DNA of 64,000 bases, taken from contig CACMZL010000005.1 in NCBI GenBank assembly GCA_902618205.1, forward strand, positions 59,184 to 123,183, given 5' to 3'. Position numbers and translations under genes: made by a program. The notes beneath the pieces are model-generated. The model did not search any database, had not been told where the DNA came from, and saw nothing but the letters and a program-made list of their open reading frames with translations. Below are positions 51,466 through 61,282 of the stretch, piece by piece (the stretch's first letter is position 1; every line of letters starts with the position of its first letter). The stretch comes from an uncultured Pelagibacteraceae bacterium. GTDB lineage: Bacteria; Pseudomonadota; Alphaproteobacteria; Pelagibacterales; Pelagibacteraceae.

Positions 51466-52812
51466 CTAATTACTTAATAAAGACGACCAAGATGGGTCGG
51501 AGGCATCCGTCTCTGTTTGAACTTGCCTTTCATTATAACCTGTAAGATCTATAGACCATAACTTGGCACTAAATCCCTCACCTTTATCGTTAGATTTGGT
51601 CTCTCTATAAAAAATTAACACTCTTCCATTTGGAGACCAAGAAGGAGCTTCTTGATAGTAATTTTCAGTCAATAATCTTTCCCCAGAACCATCGGTTCGC
51701 ATAACACCGATATAAAATTTTCCTTTATGTAGTTTTGTAAACGCAATTAAATCACCTCTTGGAGACCATACAGGCGTGCCATACAATCCTTTGCCAAATG
51801 AAATTCTTTTTACATTTGAACCATCAGATTTCATTACATAGATTTGTTGAAATCCGCTTCTATCAGAATTAAATGTTATAAATCGATTATCAGGTGAGTA
51901 AGAAGGCGATGTATCAATTGATGGATGATTAGTTATTCTTTCTACAATTCTATTTTCCAAATCCATTGTATAAATATCTGAGTTTCCATCTTTTGCAAAA
52001 CTCATAATAATTTTTTTTCCATCTGGTGAAAATCGTGGAGCAAATGTCATTCCCGGAAAATCACCAACTACTTCTTGGGTACCAGTTTCAATATCTAATA
52101 AATATACCCTTGGTAGATTTTTAAAATAAGATAGGTAAGTCACCATTTGACTTGTCGGATTAAATCGAGGAGTTAAAACTAATTCATTTCCTAGTGTTAA
52201 ATATTTTGTGTTAAAACCATCTTGATCCATAATAGCTAACTTCTTAACTCTTGCAGTCTTAGGTCCTTCTTCAGATACATAAATAATTCTGGTATCAAAA
52301 TATCCTTTTTCTCCGGTTAATCTTTCATAAACTTTATCAGAAATTATATGTCCAACTCTCCTCCAATTACCTGGGACTGTTGTAAATGCTAAAGCCATCA
52401 TTTCTCTTCCAGCTAAAATATCCCATAGTCTAAATTCAACTTTTAATTTTTTGTCCTCAATTGTTACTTTGCCAGTAATTAAAGCTTGAGCTTTAATCAA
52501 TGCCCAATCCTCAAATCTTGGTTTTAAATGAGCAATATCTGGCTTTTGTAAAAATGCTTCTTTACTAAGAGGATTAAATAAACCTGAAATTTTTAAATTA
52601 TTTTCCACAACTAATGAAATCTCAGATCCAACATTTTCAATTTTAAGTTCATTAATTGAATTTCTTTTTGAATTATCATCTTGAAACAATGGAGAAACTG
52701 CAATTGGTAAAGGGTCTAAATTACCCCTTGTTATATCAATCTCTATTAATGAATAAGCCTTAGATGACAATAAAAAAAATATAATAAAAAATAAATTAAT
52801 TATTCTAATCAT
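51466..52812 (-). CDS. tolB: TolB beta-propeller
   Basis: [17 protein letters not shown], repeated PxxSPDG/PxWSP motifs. Confidence 0.97.
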   Translation of the reverse strand: MIRIINLFFIIFFLLSSKAYSLIEIDITRGNLDPLPIAVSPLFQDDNSKRNSINELKIENVGSEISLVVENNLKISGLFNPLSKEAFLQKPDIAHLKPRFEDWALIKAQALITGKVTIEDKKLKVEFRLWDILAGREMMALAFTTVPGNWRRVGHIISDKVYERLTGEKGYFDTRIIYVSEEGPKTARVKKLAIMDQDGFNTKYLTLGNELVLTPRFNPTSQMVTYLSYFKNLPRVYLLDIETGTQEVVGDFPGMTFAPRFSPDGKKIIMSFAKDGNSDIYTMDLENRIVERITNHPSIDTSPSYSPDNRFITFNSDRSGFQQIYVMKSDGSNVKRISFGKGLYGTPVWSPRGDLIAFTKLHKGKFYIGVMRTDGSGERLLTENYYQEAPSWSPNGRVLIFYRETKSNDKGEGFSAKLWSIDLTGYNERQVQTETDASDPSWSSLLSN

Positions 52813-53780
52813 TATCCTCCGAGCATATCACGAGCGTCAAAATTTAAAATCATATTTTTCCATCTTTCATAACCACTTGTGGGAACTTTTAATGGATTAC
52901 ACAACTGAATAGCTCGTCTTACACTATCTGCTAGTGTTCTAAATTTTTCTTTACCAGGTGTGTTCATTTTTACATGATCTAACATTTCAAGTTTTTCAAT
53001 TGTTCCATCTGGCTTTAATTGGAGTTTAACTCTAACTAATAAATCTTCACTAAATGGCAAACCTATAGGAACACTCCAGCATGTAAATATTTGGGCCTTT
53101 AATGCGTCCTCTTCGCTTAGGGTTAATTTTGAATAATCCATAGTCTCATCAGTTGATTGAGAAATCTTATCAACTTCTTTTTTTGTTTCTGCTAAATTTT
53201 CCTTTTTTTTATCAATTAAAGCTGCAATTTCATTTAAATCTAATTTTTCTTTTTTTTCAAATTCAGAAACTTGTTTAACTTTTTTTTCATCTAAAATAGG
53301 TTTTTTAGTTTGAACTATTTTTTTGATGTTTTCGTCATTGATTTCTTTTGAAGGTTTCTGCTTTTTTTCTTCTTTAGGTTGAATTTTTTGTTTATCTTCA
53401 TCTGGCATAGGTACAGCATTTAATTTTTCTTTTTTTAACTTTTCTATTTTATTTTCACTGGTTGGTGTTTTTTTTGATGCAACCTTAGAAATTTCATTTT
53501 TTTTTTTATCTGTCTGAACTTCTTTTTTTTCATCTTTTTTTACTTTTTTAGGAGGAGCCTGTTCAGACAAAAGCTTTTCATTTTCTTTTTTTGCCTTCTC
53601 AATTATTTTTGATGCTTTTGGCGCGAAAGGAATATTTGTCTTTTCAGCTATTTGAATAAGCTCAACAGAGATAAGAGGTGGAATATCCAGAGGTTTTTTT
53701 GCAACAAATGGTAAAGCCAAAATACTTACCATAACAATTGCGACATGAAATCCAGATGAGATTAAAAGACCTCGATACAT
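52812..53780 (-). CDS. tolA: TolA
   Basis: N-terminal TM with SxxxH, Lys/Glu-rich stalk, C-terminal domain (QIFTCW, AIQLCNP, FD). Confidence 0.85.
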   Translation of the reverse strand: MYRGLLISSGFHVAIVMVSILALPFVAKKPLDIPPLISVELIQIAEKTNIPFAPKASKIIEKAKKENEKLLSEQAPPKKVKKDEKKEVQTDKKKNEISKVASKKTPTSENKIEKLKKEKLNAVPMPDEDKQKIQPKEEKKQKPSKEINDENIKKIVQTKKPILDEKKVKQVSEFEKKEKLDLNEIAALIDKKKENLAETKKEVDKISQSTDETMDYSKLTLSEEDALKAQIFTCWSVPIGLPFSEDLLVRVKLQLKPDGTIEKLEMLDHVKMNTPGKEKFRTLADSVRRAIQLCNPLKVPTSGYERWKNMILNFDARDMLGG

Positions 53781-53785
53781 AATCT

Positions 53786-54202
53786 CTATCTCTCTTTATT
53801 CGGTTCAGATATTAAAGCAACTTTTGTAAATCCCGACCCTGAAAGCATTCCCATAATTTCGAGAACCCTTCCATAGTTAATAGCTTTGTCTCCCCTAACA
53901 TAAATTCTTGTATCAGTTCTATTATTTGACACTGCCAATATTTTTACAATCAAATTGTTAAACTCAACTTTTGTTTCCTGAATAAAAATTTCACCTTTAG
54001 AATTAATTGTTAAAGTTAATGGTTCATTTTCCTCAGGAAGTGTATCAGCAGAAGTTTCTGGTAGATCTACCTGGACTCCAACCGTAAGCAATGGTGCAGT
54101 GACCATGAATATAATTAGCAAAACCAACATTACATCAACAAATGGTGTTACATTAATTTCACTCATTGGATCGTTTTTTGAACTTTTGAGCTTAAATCCC
54201 AT
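53786..54202 (-). CDS. tolR: TolR
   Basis: EINVTPFVDVMLVLLIIFMVTAP, RGDK. Confidence 0.95.
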   Translation of the reverse strand: MGFKLKSSKNDPMSEINVTPFVDVMLVLLIIFMVTAPLLTVGVQVDLPETSADTLPEENEPLTLTINSKGEIFIQETKVEFNNLIVKILAVSNNRTDTRIYVRGDKAINYGRVLEIMGMLSGSGFTKVALISEPNKER

Positions 54203-54877
54203 TTAAATAATTGATAAGAATCTTTTTGAAAAATTTTCTAATTTTTGTGAGTATTTTCTAGAGTCTGAATTAAATTTATTATACGCAATTACAGCAGGAA
54301 TTGCTGCCAATAATCCAAGTGCAGTTGCAAATAAGGCTTCAGCAATACCTGGTGCAACTATTGCAAGGCTAGTGTTTCTTGAAATTGCAATCGATTGAAA
54401 TGAATTCATAATTCCCCAAACAGTTCCAAACAATCCTATAAATGGAGCTGTCGATCCAACAGTTGCCAAAAAACTATTATACTTTTCAACTACTACCATT
54501 TGTTTTTCAATATTTACTTCTAAAACACTAGATAGTCTCTCAGATAAATTTGATTTTGATCTAGTTTTCATAACTGTTTGCATAGAACTTTTAAATAATT
54601 TTGCCATAGGATCCTCAATATTTGAAGGCAGACTGTTATAAAATGTTTCAGCAGACTTTGATTTCCAGAATTTCTCTTCAAATTCTTCTGCGCTTTTATT
54701 AATTTTTCTAAACATTCTTATTTTTTCAAATATTATTGCCCATGAATAAATAGAACTCACAATTAATATTATGATTACTGACTTGACAATAATGTCCGCA
54801 CGTAAAAATAAACTAATTAAAGAAAAATCTGTGTTACTTGCTAAACCTAAACTTTGCGTTGCAATATCTGCTTCCAT
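54203..54877 (-). CDS. tolQ: TolQ
   Basis: STAPFIGLFGTVWGIM, APGIAEALFATALGL. Confidence 0.96.
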   Translation of the reverse strand: MEADIATQSLGLASNTDFSLISLFLRADIIVKSVIIILIVSSIYSWAIIFEKIRMFRKINKSAEEFEEKFWKSKSAETFYNSLPSNIEDPMAKLFKSSMQTVMKTRSKSNLSERLSSVLEVNIEKQMVVVEKYNSFLATVGSTAPFIGLFGTVWGIMNSFQSIAISRNTSLAIVAPGIAEALFATALGLLAAIPAVIAYNKFNSDSRKYSQKLENFSKRFLSII

Positions 54878-54933
54878 TCAATCGTTTCCCATTAAAATAT
54901 GTCATTAATTTGTCTTCAAAAAACTCTAATGGT

Positions 54934-55431
54934 CTAGTTATCGTTGTTTTCCCTTGTGTTTTCAAAATACTGAGCAATTAAAATAGCATCTGCTTTATTA
55001 TTATCTTTTTTTCTTGATAACTTATTAGAAATTCTAGGAAACATATCTATTACTTTAGTTCGACTGGCATCTTTTTCAGAATTAATCAAATTAAAATGTT
55101 TTTTCCATTTTGCTGGTCTAACATAAAAAATTGGAAGCTCCATTGCAGAACATATGCCTTTAATTACTCCAAATGATTGTCCAAAATTAAACATGCTTGT
55201 TACACCTTGTCCTGGCATAGCAGAAACTTGTTCGACTATTACACTCATTTTTTCATTCTTAAATTTATTTTTTATTAGCATTATTTCATTATAAATTTGC
55301 CTACCATTAACTTGTTTTTTATTTTTTTTTCCTTCAGCCATTGTAGGCATATCGATTACATCAATAACATTCCCACTAGAAAAAAAACAGATAGCACCTG
55401 CTATTCCTGGATCAATTCCAACAATAATCAT
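54934..55431 (-). CDS. RuvC-fold Holliday-junction-resolvase-like nuclease, non-canonical (MOC1/phage-like)
   Basis: GIDPG (D7), VEQV (E67), SMFNFGQSFG, PAKWKK, KKDNNKADAILIA (D143/D148); lies directly after yebC where ruvC is normally found. Confidence 0.75.
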   Translation of the reverse strand: MIIVGIDPGIAGAICFFSSGNVIDVIDMPTMAEGKKNKKQVNGRQIYNEIMLIKNKFKNEKMSVIVEQVSAMPGQGVTSMFNFGQSFGVIKGICSAMELPIFYVRPAKWKKHFNLINSEKDASRTKVIDMFPRISNKLSRKKDNNKADAILIAQYFENTRENNDN

Positions 55432-56154
55432 TTAATCTTCAAAGTTAACATTTGTATAAACATTTTGTACATCATCCTCATCGTCAAGAGTTTCTAAAAA
55501 TTTTACCATATTTTGATTTTCTTCACCTTTAAGAGATACCTTATTTATGGGTAGCCACTCGATTTCGGTAGAGAGAAAATTTGCAATAACTTTTTCAAAT
55601 TTTTTTTTTACTTCATATATTTCATCGATATCCGTATGCACTTCATGAAATTCATCTCGAGATATACAATCATTTGCACCCGACTCGATTGCCAATTCAA
55701 AAATTTTATCTTGTTCAATTTCATTTTTATCTATTTTAATTACACCCAATCTTTGAAAATTATGTGATGCAGAACCCTGGGTTCCTAAAGAACCGTTATT
55801 TTTCGAAAATATTGTTCTTATATTAGAAGCAGTTCTATTTTTATTATCAGTCAATGCTTCAACTATTACAGCAGATTTGCTAGGTCCAAAACCTTCATAC
55901 CTAATATTTTCAAAATTTGATTGATCATTGTTAGAAGACTTTTCAATTGCTCTCTCAATATTTTCTTTTGGCATGTTAGCTGATCTGGCTGCTTGTATTG
56001 CTGATCTTAATCTCGAATTCATATCGGGATTCTTATCTCCTAGTTTTGCAGCTACAGTGATTTCTCTAGAGAGTTTAGAAAAAATTTTTGATCTCTGTTT
56101 GTCAGCTTTGCCTTTTTTATGTTTAATACCCGCCCAATGTGAGTGTCCAGCCAT
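55432..56154 (-). CDS. yebC: YebC/PmpR family protein
   Basis: MAGHSHWAGIKHKKG, YEGFGP, TDNKNRT, DDEDDVQNVYTN. Confidence 0.96.
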   Translation of the reverse strand: MAGHSHWAGIKHKKGKADKQRSKIFSKLSREITVAAKLGDKNPDMNSRLRSAIQAARSANMPKENIERAIEKSSNNDQSNFENIRYEGFGPSKSAVIVEALTDNKNRTASNIRTIFSKNNGSLGTQGSASHNFQRLGVIKIDKNEIEQDKIFELAIESGANDCISRDEFHEVHTDIDEIYEVKKKFEKVIANFLSTEIEWLPINKVSLKGEENQNMVKFLETLDDEDDVQNVYTNVNFED

Positions 56155-56156
56155 AA

Positions 56157-56963
56157 TTAATTTACGTTATTTAAACTCCCACCAAAAATGAAACTTTCTA
56201 TATTTCTTGCTAGTCCATTTCTTGCATCGCAGTCTACAACTACCCCACTTAGAGATGCTTCTCCATTGGCAGGAAAATGTTTTACAGCTTCTTTTTTTAG
56301 AAATCTGTTAATTGAATTTTGTGCATTCATACCAATTACCGAGTCATAGTCGCCACACATTCCAGCATCAGTGATATAGCTAGTTCCATTTTTTAGGACT
56401 CTTGCATCATTTGTTGGCACGTGCGTATGCGTACCTACAACTAAAGTTGCGTATCCATCAAATAGATTACCTATAGCCATTTTTTCACTTGTTATTTCTC
56501 CATGAAAATCCACTATTAAAAAATCATAATCTTTTGATTTTTTTTTTTCTGCAATAAATTCAGTAGCAATTTTAAAAACATCATCACACTTTTTCATAAA
56601 AACGTTACCCATAAGATTTAGCACACCAACTTTTAGATTTTTTTTTGAATTGAATATGGAAAAACCTTTACCAGGTAAATTTCCACTCATATTTATTGGT
56701 CTTAATAATTTTTTTTCAGTTTTTATATATTCATAAATTTCTTTTTGATCCCAAACATGATTGCCTGTTGTAATTACATCTACACCTACATTAAAAAGTT
56801 CATTAGCAATATTTTCAGTTAGACCCACACCTTCACTGGCTGCATTTTCACCATTAACACAAACAAAATCTATACCTTTTTTTGAGACTATATTTGGCAA
56901 GTTTTTTTTTACTGATTTAAAACCTGCGTCTCCAACTATATCACCTAAAAATAAAATCTTCAT
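56157..56963 (-). CDS. YmdB-like metallophosphoesterase (TIGR00282-type)
   Basis: FLGDIVG, NGENAA, TTGNHVWD, DFHGE, GTHTHVPT, TDAGMCG. Confidence 0.93.
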   Translation of the reverse strand: MKILFLGDIVGDAGFKSVKKNLPNIVSKKGIDFVCVNGENAASEGVGLTENIANELFNVGVDVITTGNHVWDQKEIYEYIKTEKKLLRPINMSGNLPGKGFSIFNSKKNLKVGVLNLMGNVFMKKCDDVFKIATEFIAEKKKSKDYDFLIVDFHGEITSEKMAIGNLFDGYATLVVGTHTHVPTNDARVLKNGTSYITDAGMCGDYDSVIGMNAQNSINRFLKKEAVKHFPANGEASLSGVVVDCDARNGLARNIESFIFGGSLNNVN

Positions 56964-56965
56964 TT

Positions 56966-57505
56966 TTACATTAATTTTTCTGTCAAAATTAAATCTAATT
57001 TTCTATCAAAATTTTCAATATTAATTTTATTAACTTTTTGATGTGAAAAAGCCAGTCCAATTGTTGTACATTTTTTTATTTGAGAAATTTTTTCTAAATA
57101 TCTATCATAAAATCCACCACCATAGCCAATTCTGTTCCTGAATTTATCAAAAGCAACTATTGGTACAAATATTATATCTGGGTATACTTTTTTCAATTTT
57201 ATTGGCTGGGGAATTCCTAATGAACTTATTGTTAAAGGATCATTTGGACTCCATTTATAAAAATCCATTTGATGATTTCTTTTTATAATTGGCAACGAAA
57301 TACTATAACCGTTAGAATAAAATTTTTTTAGTATTTGCAAACAATCAAATTCAAAATTTATTGGAAAATAACCTCCAATAATTTTATTTTTTGATAGATT
57401 AATTTTATTATGAAAACTATTTATAATATTATTACCTATTTCGATTTCAAAATATTTTTTTTTTCTTAAGTTAATATTTTTTTTTCTTAATTTAAATTTT
57501 GACAC
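56966..57505 (-). CDS. ygfA: 5-formyltetrahydrofolate cyclo-ligase
   Basis: PDIIFVPIVAFD..NRIGYGGGFYDR; GTG start. Confidence 0.92.
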   Translation of the reverse strand: MSKFKLRKKNINLRKKKYFEIEIGNNIINSFHNKINLSKNKIIGGYFPINFEFDCLQILKKFYSNGYSISLPIIKRNHQMDFYKWSPNDPLTISSLGIPQPIKLKKVYPDIIFVPIVAFDKFRNRIGYGGGFYDRYLEKISQIKKCTTIGLAFSHQKVNKINIENFDRKLDLILTEKLM

Positions 57506-57512
57506 TTATATT

Positions 57513-57959
57513 TTATGAAATAGAAGTATTTGTGCTATTTTTTTTGACAAAGTCTTCTATTTCTAAAGTTACTTTGTCTATTAAATTTTCATAACTTATT
57601 TTGTAATTTTCAATATCATTCTCAAGTTCTTCTTGTGTTGAGCTTAAATTTTTAATTTCATTTTCTTTGTAATCTTTGTACTTATAAACTAAAGATTTTA
57701 ATTCTTTAAACTTTTCTTTTAATTCTTGAAGCTCTTTTTTTTGTACATCTACTTTTTTTTTGGTTTCAAAATACTCATCCATTACTTTTATAGAAGATAT
57801 TAGTAATAATTTATTCTCTCCAATATTTCCAAGATCAAATTTTAGATCATTAAATTTTTTATTTAAACTCAAAGATAATTCTTCCAAATGTTCCTCTTGT
57901 CCATCTTCACAAGATAATAAATATTCTTTACCATTAAATTTTATATTTACATTTGCCAT
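57513..57959 (-). CDS. zapA: Cell division protein ZapA with C-terminal coiled-coil extension
   Basis: MANVNIKFNGKEYLLSCEDGQEEHL, LLLISSIKVMDE. Confidence 0.85.
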   Translation of the reverse strand: MANVNIKFNGKEYLLSCEDGQEEHLEELSLSLNKKFNDLKFDLGNIGENKLLLISSIKVMDEYFETKKKVDVQKKELQELKEKFKELKSLVYKYKDYKENEIKNLSSTQEELENDIENYKISYENLIDKVTLEIEDFVKKNSTNTSIS

Positions 57960-58300
57960 TTGTCTATTTCTTCCAATAAATTATCTGTTTCTTGATTTAA
58001 TTCATCAATTTTTTCATTAAATTGATTTTCTTTTCTTTTTGAAGTTTCGTAATCCTTTTTTAATTCATTTATTTGACTTCTAAGTTTTAAGTTTTCTTCT
58101 TCTAAGCTTTGGAGAGATGTGGTTATCTGTTTTTTTTCAATTTCTAATTGATTTTTTTGATCTTTTAAAATTGCAACTTTATCTAATTCTTCATTATGTT
58201 GAATGTTTATCTCTCCTAATTTTTTTAAAGTATCTTTTAATTTTTTTTCTTTTTCATCAATGTTTTTCATATATATATCTATATTAATAAATTGAATCAC
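57947..58300 (-). CDS. Coiled-coil protein upstream of zapA (ZapB-like/DUF4164-like); start probably 58270
   Basis: Heptad-rich E/K/L/Q sequence; conserved position between tkt and zapA. Confidence 0.6.
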   Translation of the reverse strand: MIQFINIDIYMKNIDEKEKKLKDTLKKLGEINIQHNEELDKVAILKDQKNQLEIEKKQITTSLQSLEEENLKLRSQINELKKDYETSKRKENQFNEKIDELNQETDNLLEEIDKWQM

Positions 58301-58322
58301 CTAAGTCTAGATAGGATACTTT

Positions 58323-60278
58323 TTGAAAAATACAGAAAAAAATTTATCAAATGCTATTCGTTTTTTATCAATGGATGCGGTTCAAAACGCTAATTCTGGT
58401 CACCCAGGTATGCCAATGGGTATGGCTGACGTTGCAACAATTTTATTTAAATATTTTCTAAAATTTAATGCAAAAAATCCAAACTGGCTTAATAGAGATA
58501 GATTTATTTTATCAGCTGGACACGGGTCAATGTTGCTTTACTCGCTTTTGTACTTAACTGGATATAAAAGTGTATCACTTAACGACATCAAGAAATTTAG
58601 ACAACTAAATTCAATTTGTGCAGGACACCCAGAGTATCATCCAAACTCAGGTATTGAAACAACAACTGGTCCTTTAGGTCAAGGAATTGCAAATTCTGTG
58701 GGTTTTGCAATTGCAGAAGAAATTTTAAAGAAAAAATTAGGAAGTAATTTAATTAATCACAAAACCTATGTCTTGGCTGGTGATGGTTGCCTTATGGAAG
58801 GAATAAGTCATGAAGCAATGAGTCTAGCTGGTCACCTTAGACTTAATAATCTTATAATGCTTTTTGATAATAATTCTATTTCAATAGATGGTCCTACTAG
58901 TTTAGCAGTCTCAGATGACTATAAAAACAGATTTAAAAGCTATGGATGGAATTATATTTTGATCAATGGGCATAATTACAGAGAAATTTATAATGCGTTA
59001 AAAAAAGCACAAACATCAAAAAAACCGACTGTGATTTCGTGCAAAACAAAAATAGGATTTGGATCTCCAAATAAAGGTGGCAAGGCCTCTTCTCATGGAA
59101 GTCCTCTTGGAATAGATGAAATTAAGTTAGTTAGAAAAAAATTAGATTGGGATTATAAACCATTTAAAATACCTCAAAGAATTTTAACTGAATGGAGAAA
59201 AATTGGAGAAAAAGGTTTCAAAAAAGAAAAAATATGGAATAAAACTTTTAGCAAACACAAACAAAAATTTAAAAATATTATAAAAAATAAATTCTCGAGT
59301 TCAATTATAAAACAAAAAAAAGATGCAATAAAAAATTTTAAGACTATAGCTACAAGAAAATCCTCGGAAGAGTTTTTATCAGCTATATTAAAAGAGAGAA
59401 ATACTTTAATTGGTGGCTCTGCTGATTTAGCGGGATCAAACAATACAAAAACTACGTTACATAAAATTATTAATTCAAGTAACTTTGGTGGTAATTATAT
59501 TCACTATGGTGTTAGGGAGCACGCAATGAGTGGGATAATGAATGGATTAGCTCTTCATAGTAATTTCATTCCTTATGGAGGTACTTTTTTAATATTTTCA
59601 GACTATTGTAAACCTTCAATAAGACTGTCTGCTATAATGAAACAGAAGGTAATTTATATAATGACACATGACTCAATAGGACTTGGAGAAGATGGACCTA
59701 CGCATCAACCAGTAGAGCAACTTGCTGCTTTAAGATCTATTCCAAACTTAAATGTTTTAAGGCCAGCAGATCAAACTGAAACAATTGAATGTTGGGATAT
59801 TGCTTTAAACAGCAACAAAACACCTAGCATATTAGCTTTAACTAGACAAAACTTAAAACCAATAAGAAAGATTTTTAGCAAAAAAAATCAATGCTCTAAG
59901 GGAGCTTACGAAGTTATAAGGACTGGAAAAAATATAAATTTAACTATTTTAGCCTCAGGATCAGAGGTTAATCTTGCAATTGAGACTAGTCATAAATTGG
60001 CCAAACAAAAAATTTATTCAAAAGTAATATCAATGCCTTGCCAAGAAATTTTTGACAAACAAAACAAGAGCTATAAAGATAAAATCTTAAAAGAGAGCAA
60101 AAACACTTTTTCAATTGAGGCAGGATCAAAAATGTCTTGGGAAAAATATATTGAAAAGGGCTTGTCTTTTTCAATAGAAGACTTTGGTAAAAGCGCTCCT
60201 TATAAAAAAGTCTATGATCATTTTGGTTTAAGTAGTGAAAAAATTAGTAAAAAAATTAAATTTTATTTAAAAAAATGA
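58323..60278 (+). CDS. tkt: Transketolase
   Basis: SGHPG, SAGHGSM, TTGPLGQG, GDGCLMEG, GVREH, GEDGPTHQP; TTG start. Confidence 0.97.
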   Translation: MKNTEKNLSNAIRFLSMDAVQNANSGHPGMPMGMADVATILFKYFLKFNAKNPNWLNRDRFILSAGHGSMLLYSLLYLTGYKSVSLNDIKKFRQLNSICAGHPEYHPNSGIETTTGPLGQGIANSVGFAIAEEILKKKLGSNLINHKTYVLAGDGCLMEGISHEAMSLAGHLRLNNLIMLFDNNSISIDGPTSLAVSDDYKNRFKSYGWNYILINGHNYREIYNALKKAQTSKKPTVISCKTKIGFGSPNKGGKASSHGSPLGIDEIKLVRKKLDWDYKPFKIPQRILTEWRKIGEKGFKKEKIWNKTFSKHKQKFKNIIKNKFSSSIIKQKKDAIKNFKTIATRKSSEEFLSAILKERNTLIGGSADLAGSNNTKTTLHKIINSSNFGGNYIHYGVREHAMSGIMNGLALHSNFIPYGGTFLIFSDYCKPSIRLSAIMKQKVIYIMTHDSIGLGEDGPTHQPVEQLAALRSIPNLNVLRPADQTETIECWDIALNSNKTPSILALTRQNLKPIRKIFSKKNQCSKGAYEVIRTGKNINLTILASGSEVNLAIETSHKLAKQKIYSKVISMPCQEIFDKQNKSYKDKILKESKNTFSIEAGSKMSWEKYIEKGLSFSIEDFGKSAPYKKVYDHFGLSSEKISKKIKFYLKK

Positions 60279-61282
60279 CAATAAAAGTAGGCATTAACGG
60301 TATGGGGAGAATTGGCAGAATGATTGTGAGGTCAATTTATGAAAATTACAAAGGTAAAATAATTATCAAACATATTAATAATAGATCGAGCTCTGAAATT
60401 TGTGCAAATTTATTAAAATATGATTCAATTCATGGTAATTTTAGTTCTCTAGTAAAATCTGGAGGAAATTACATAAAAATAAATAAAGAAAAAATATCCT
60501 ACACGCAACACTCTATGATTAATGACATAAAGTGGAAAAAATATGGTGTAGATTATGTTTTTGAGTGCACAGGTAAGTTTAATTCTAAAGATCAATTACT
60601 ACCACATATAGAAAATGGGGTAAAAAAAGTTATTGTATCGGCCCCATGTAAAATGGCAGATAAAACTATAGTTTTTGGCGTAAATCATAAGAAGATCAAC
60701 AAGAATGATAAAATTATTTCAGCAGCTTCTTGCACAACAAATTGCTTAGCTCCTGTTGTAGACGTAATTAATAAAAATTTTATAATTCTTAATGGTTTTA
60801 TGACAACCATACATGCTTTTACAAGTGATCAAAGAATATTAGATAATTCTCACAAAGATCCAAGAAGAGCGAGATCTGCAAGTCAATCAATTGTACCCAC
60901 ATCTACTGGTGCATCAAAAGCTATTGGTGAGATTATACCCTCATTGAAAGGCAAGTTAGAGGGGATAGCAATGAGAGTGCCAACACCAAATGTTTCATTA
61001 ATAGAATTTATATTCAATGTAAAAAAAAATATTACCTTAAAAAAATTAAATAATTCTTTATTTTCAGCTTCTAAAACGAAACTTAAAAATATTCTAAATG
61101 TTACAGATGAGAAGCTAGTCTCAGTTGATTTTAATCACAATAGCGCATCTGCAATCATAGACTCTTCACTTACAAATGTAGTTGGTAATAAAATGGGTAA
61201 AATTTCAGCTTGGTATGATAATGAATGGGGTTTCTCGAATAGAATGTGTGATATTGCTGAGTATGTAAGTAAGATCAAATAA
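60275..61282 (+). CDS. gap: Glyceraldehyde-3-phosphate dehydrogenase (type I)
   Basis: GINGMGRIGR, SAASCTTNCLAP, WYDNEWG. Confidence 0.95.
   Translation: MTIKVGINGMGRIGRMIVRSIYENYKGKIIIKHINNRSSSEICANLLKYDSIHGNFSSLVKSGGNYIKINKEKISYTQHSMINDIKWKKYGVDYVFECTGKFNSKDQLLPHIENGVKKVIVSAPCKMADKTIVFGVNHKKINKNDKIISAASCTTNCLAPVVDVINKNFIILNGFMTTIHAFTSDQRILDNSHKDPRRARSASQSIVPTSTGASKAIGEIIPSLKGKLEGIAMRVPTPNVSLIEFIFNVKKNITLKKLNNSLFSASKTKLKNILNVTDEKLVSVDFNHNSASAIIDSSLTNVVGNKMGKISAWYDNEWGFSNRMCDIAEYVSKIK

Noticed and set aside
52812-53780. Lys/Glu-rich repetitive stretch
   Set aside because: Normal TolA stalk; no exact DNA tandem repeats seen.
58269-58284. (AT)n run upstream of the coiled-coil gene
   Set aside because: Short low-complexity tract in an AT-rich divergent promoter; no evidence of function.
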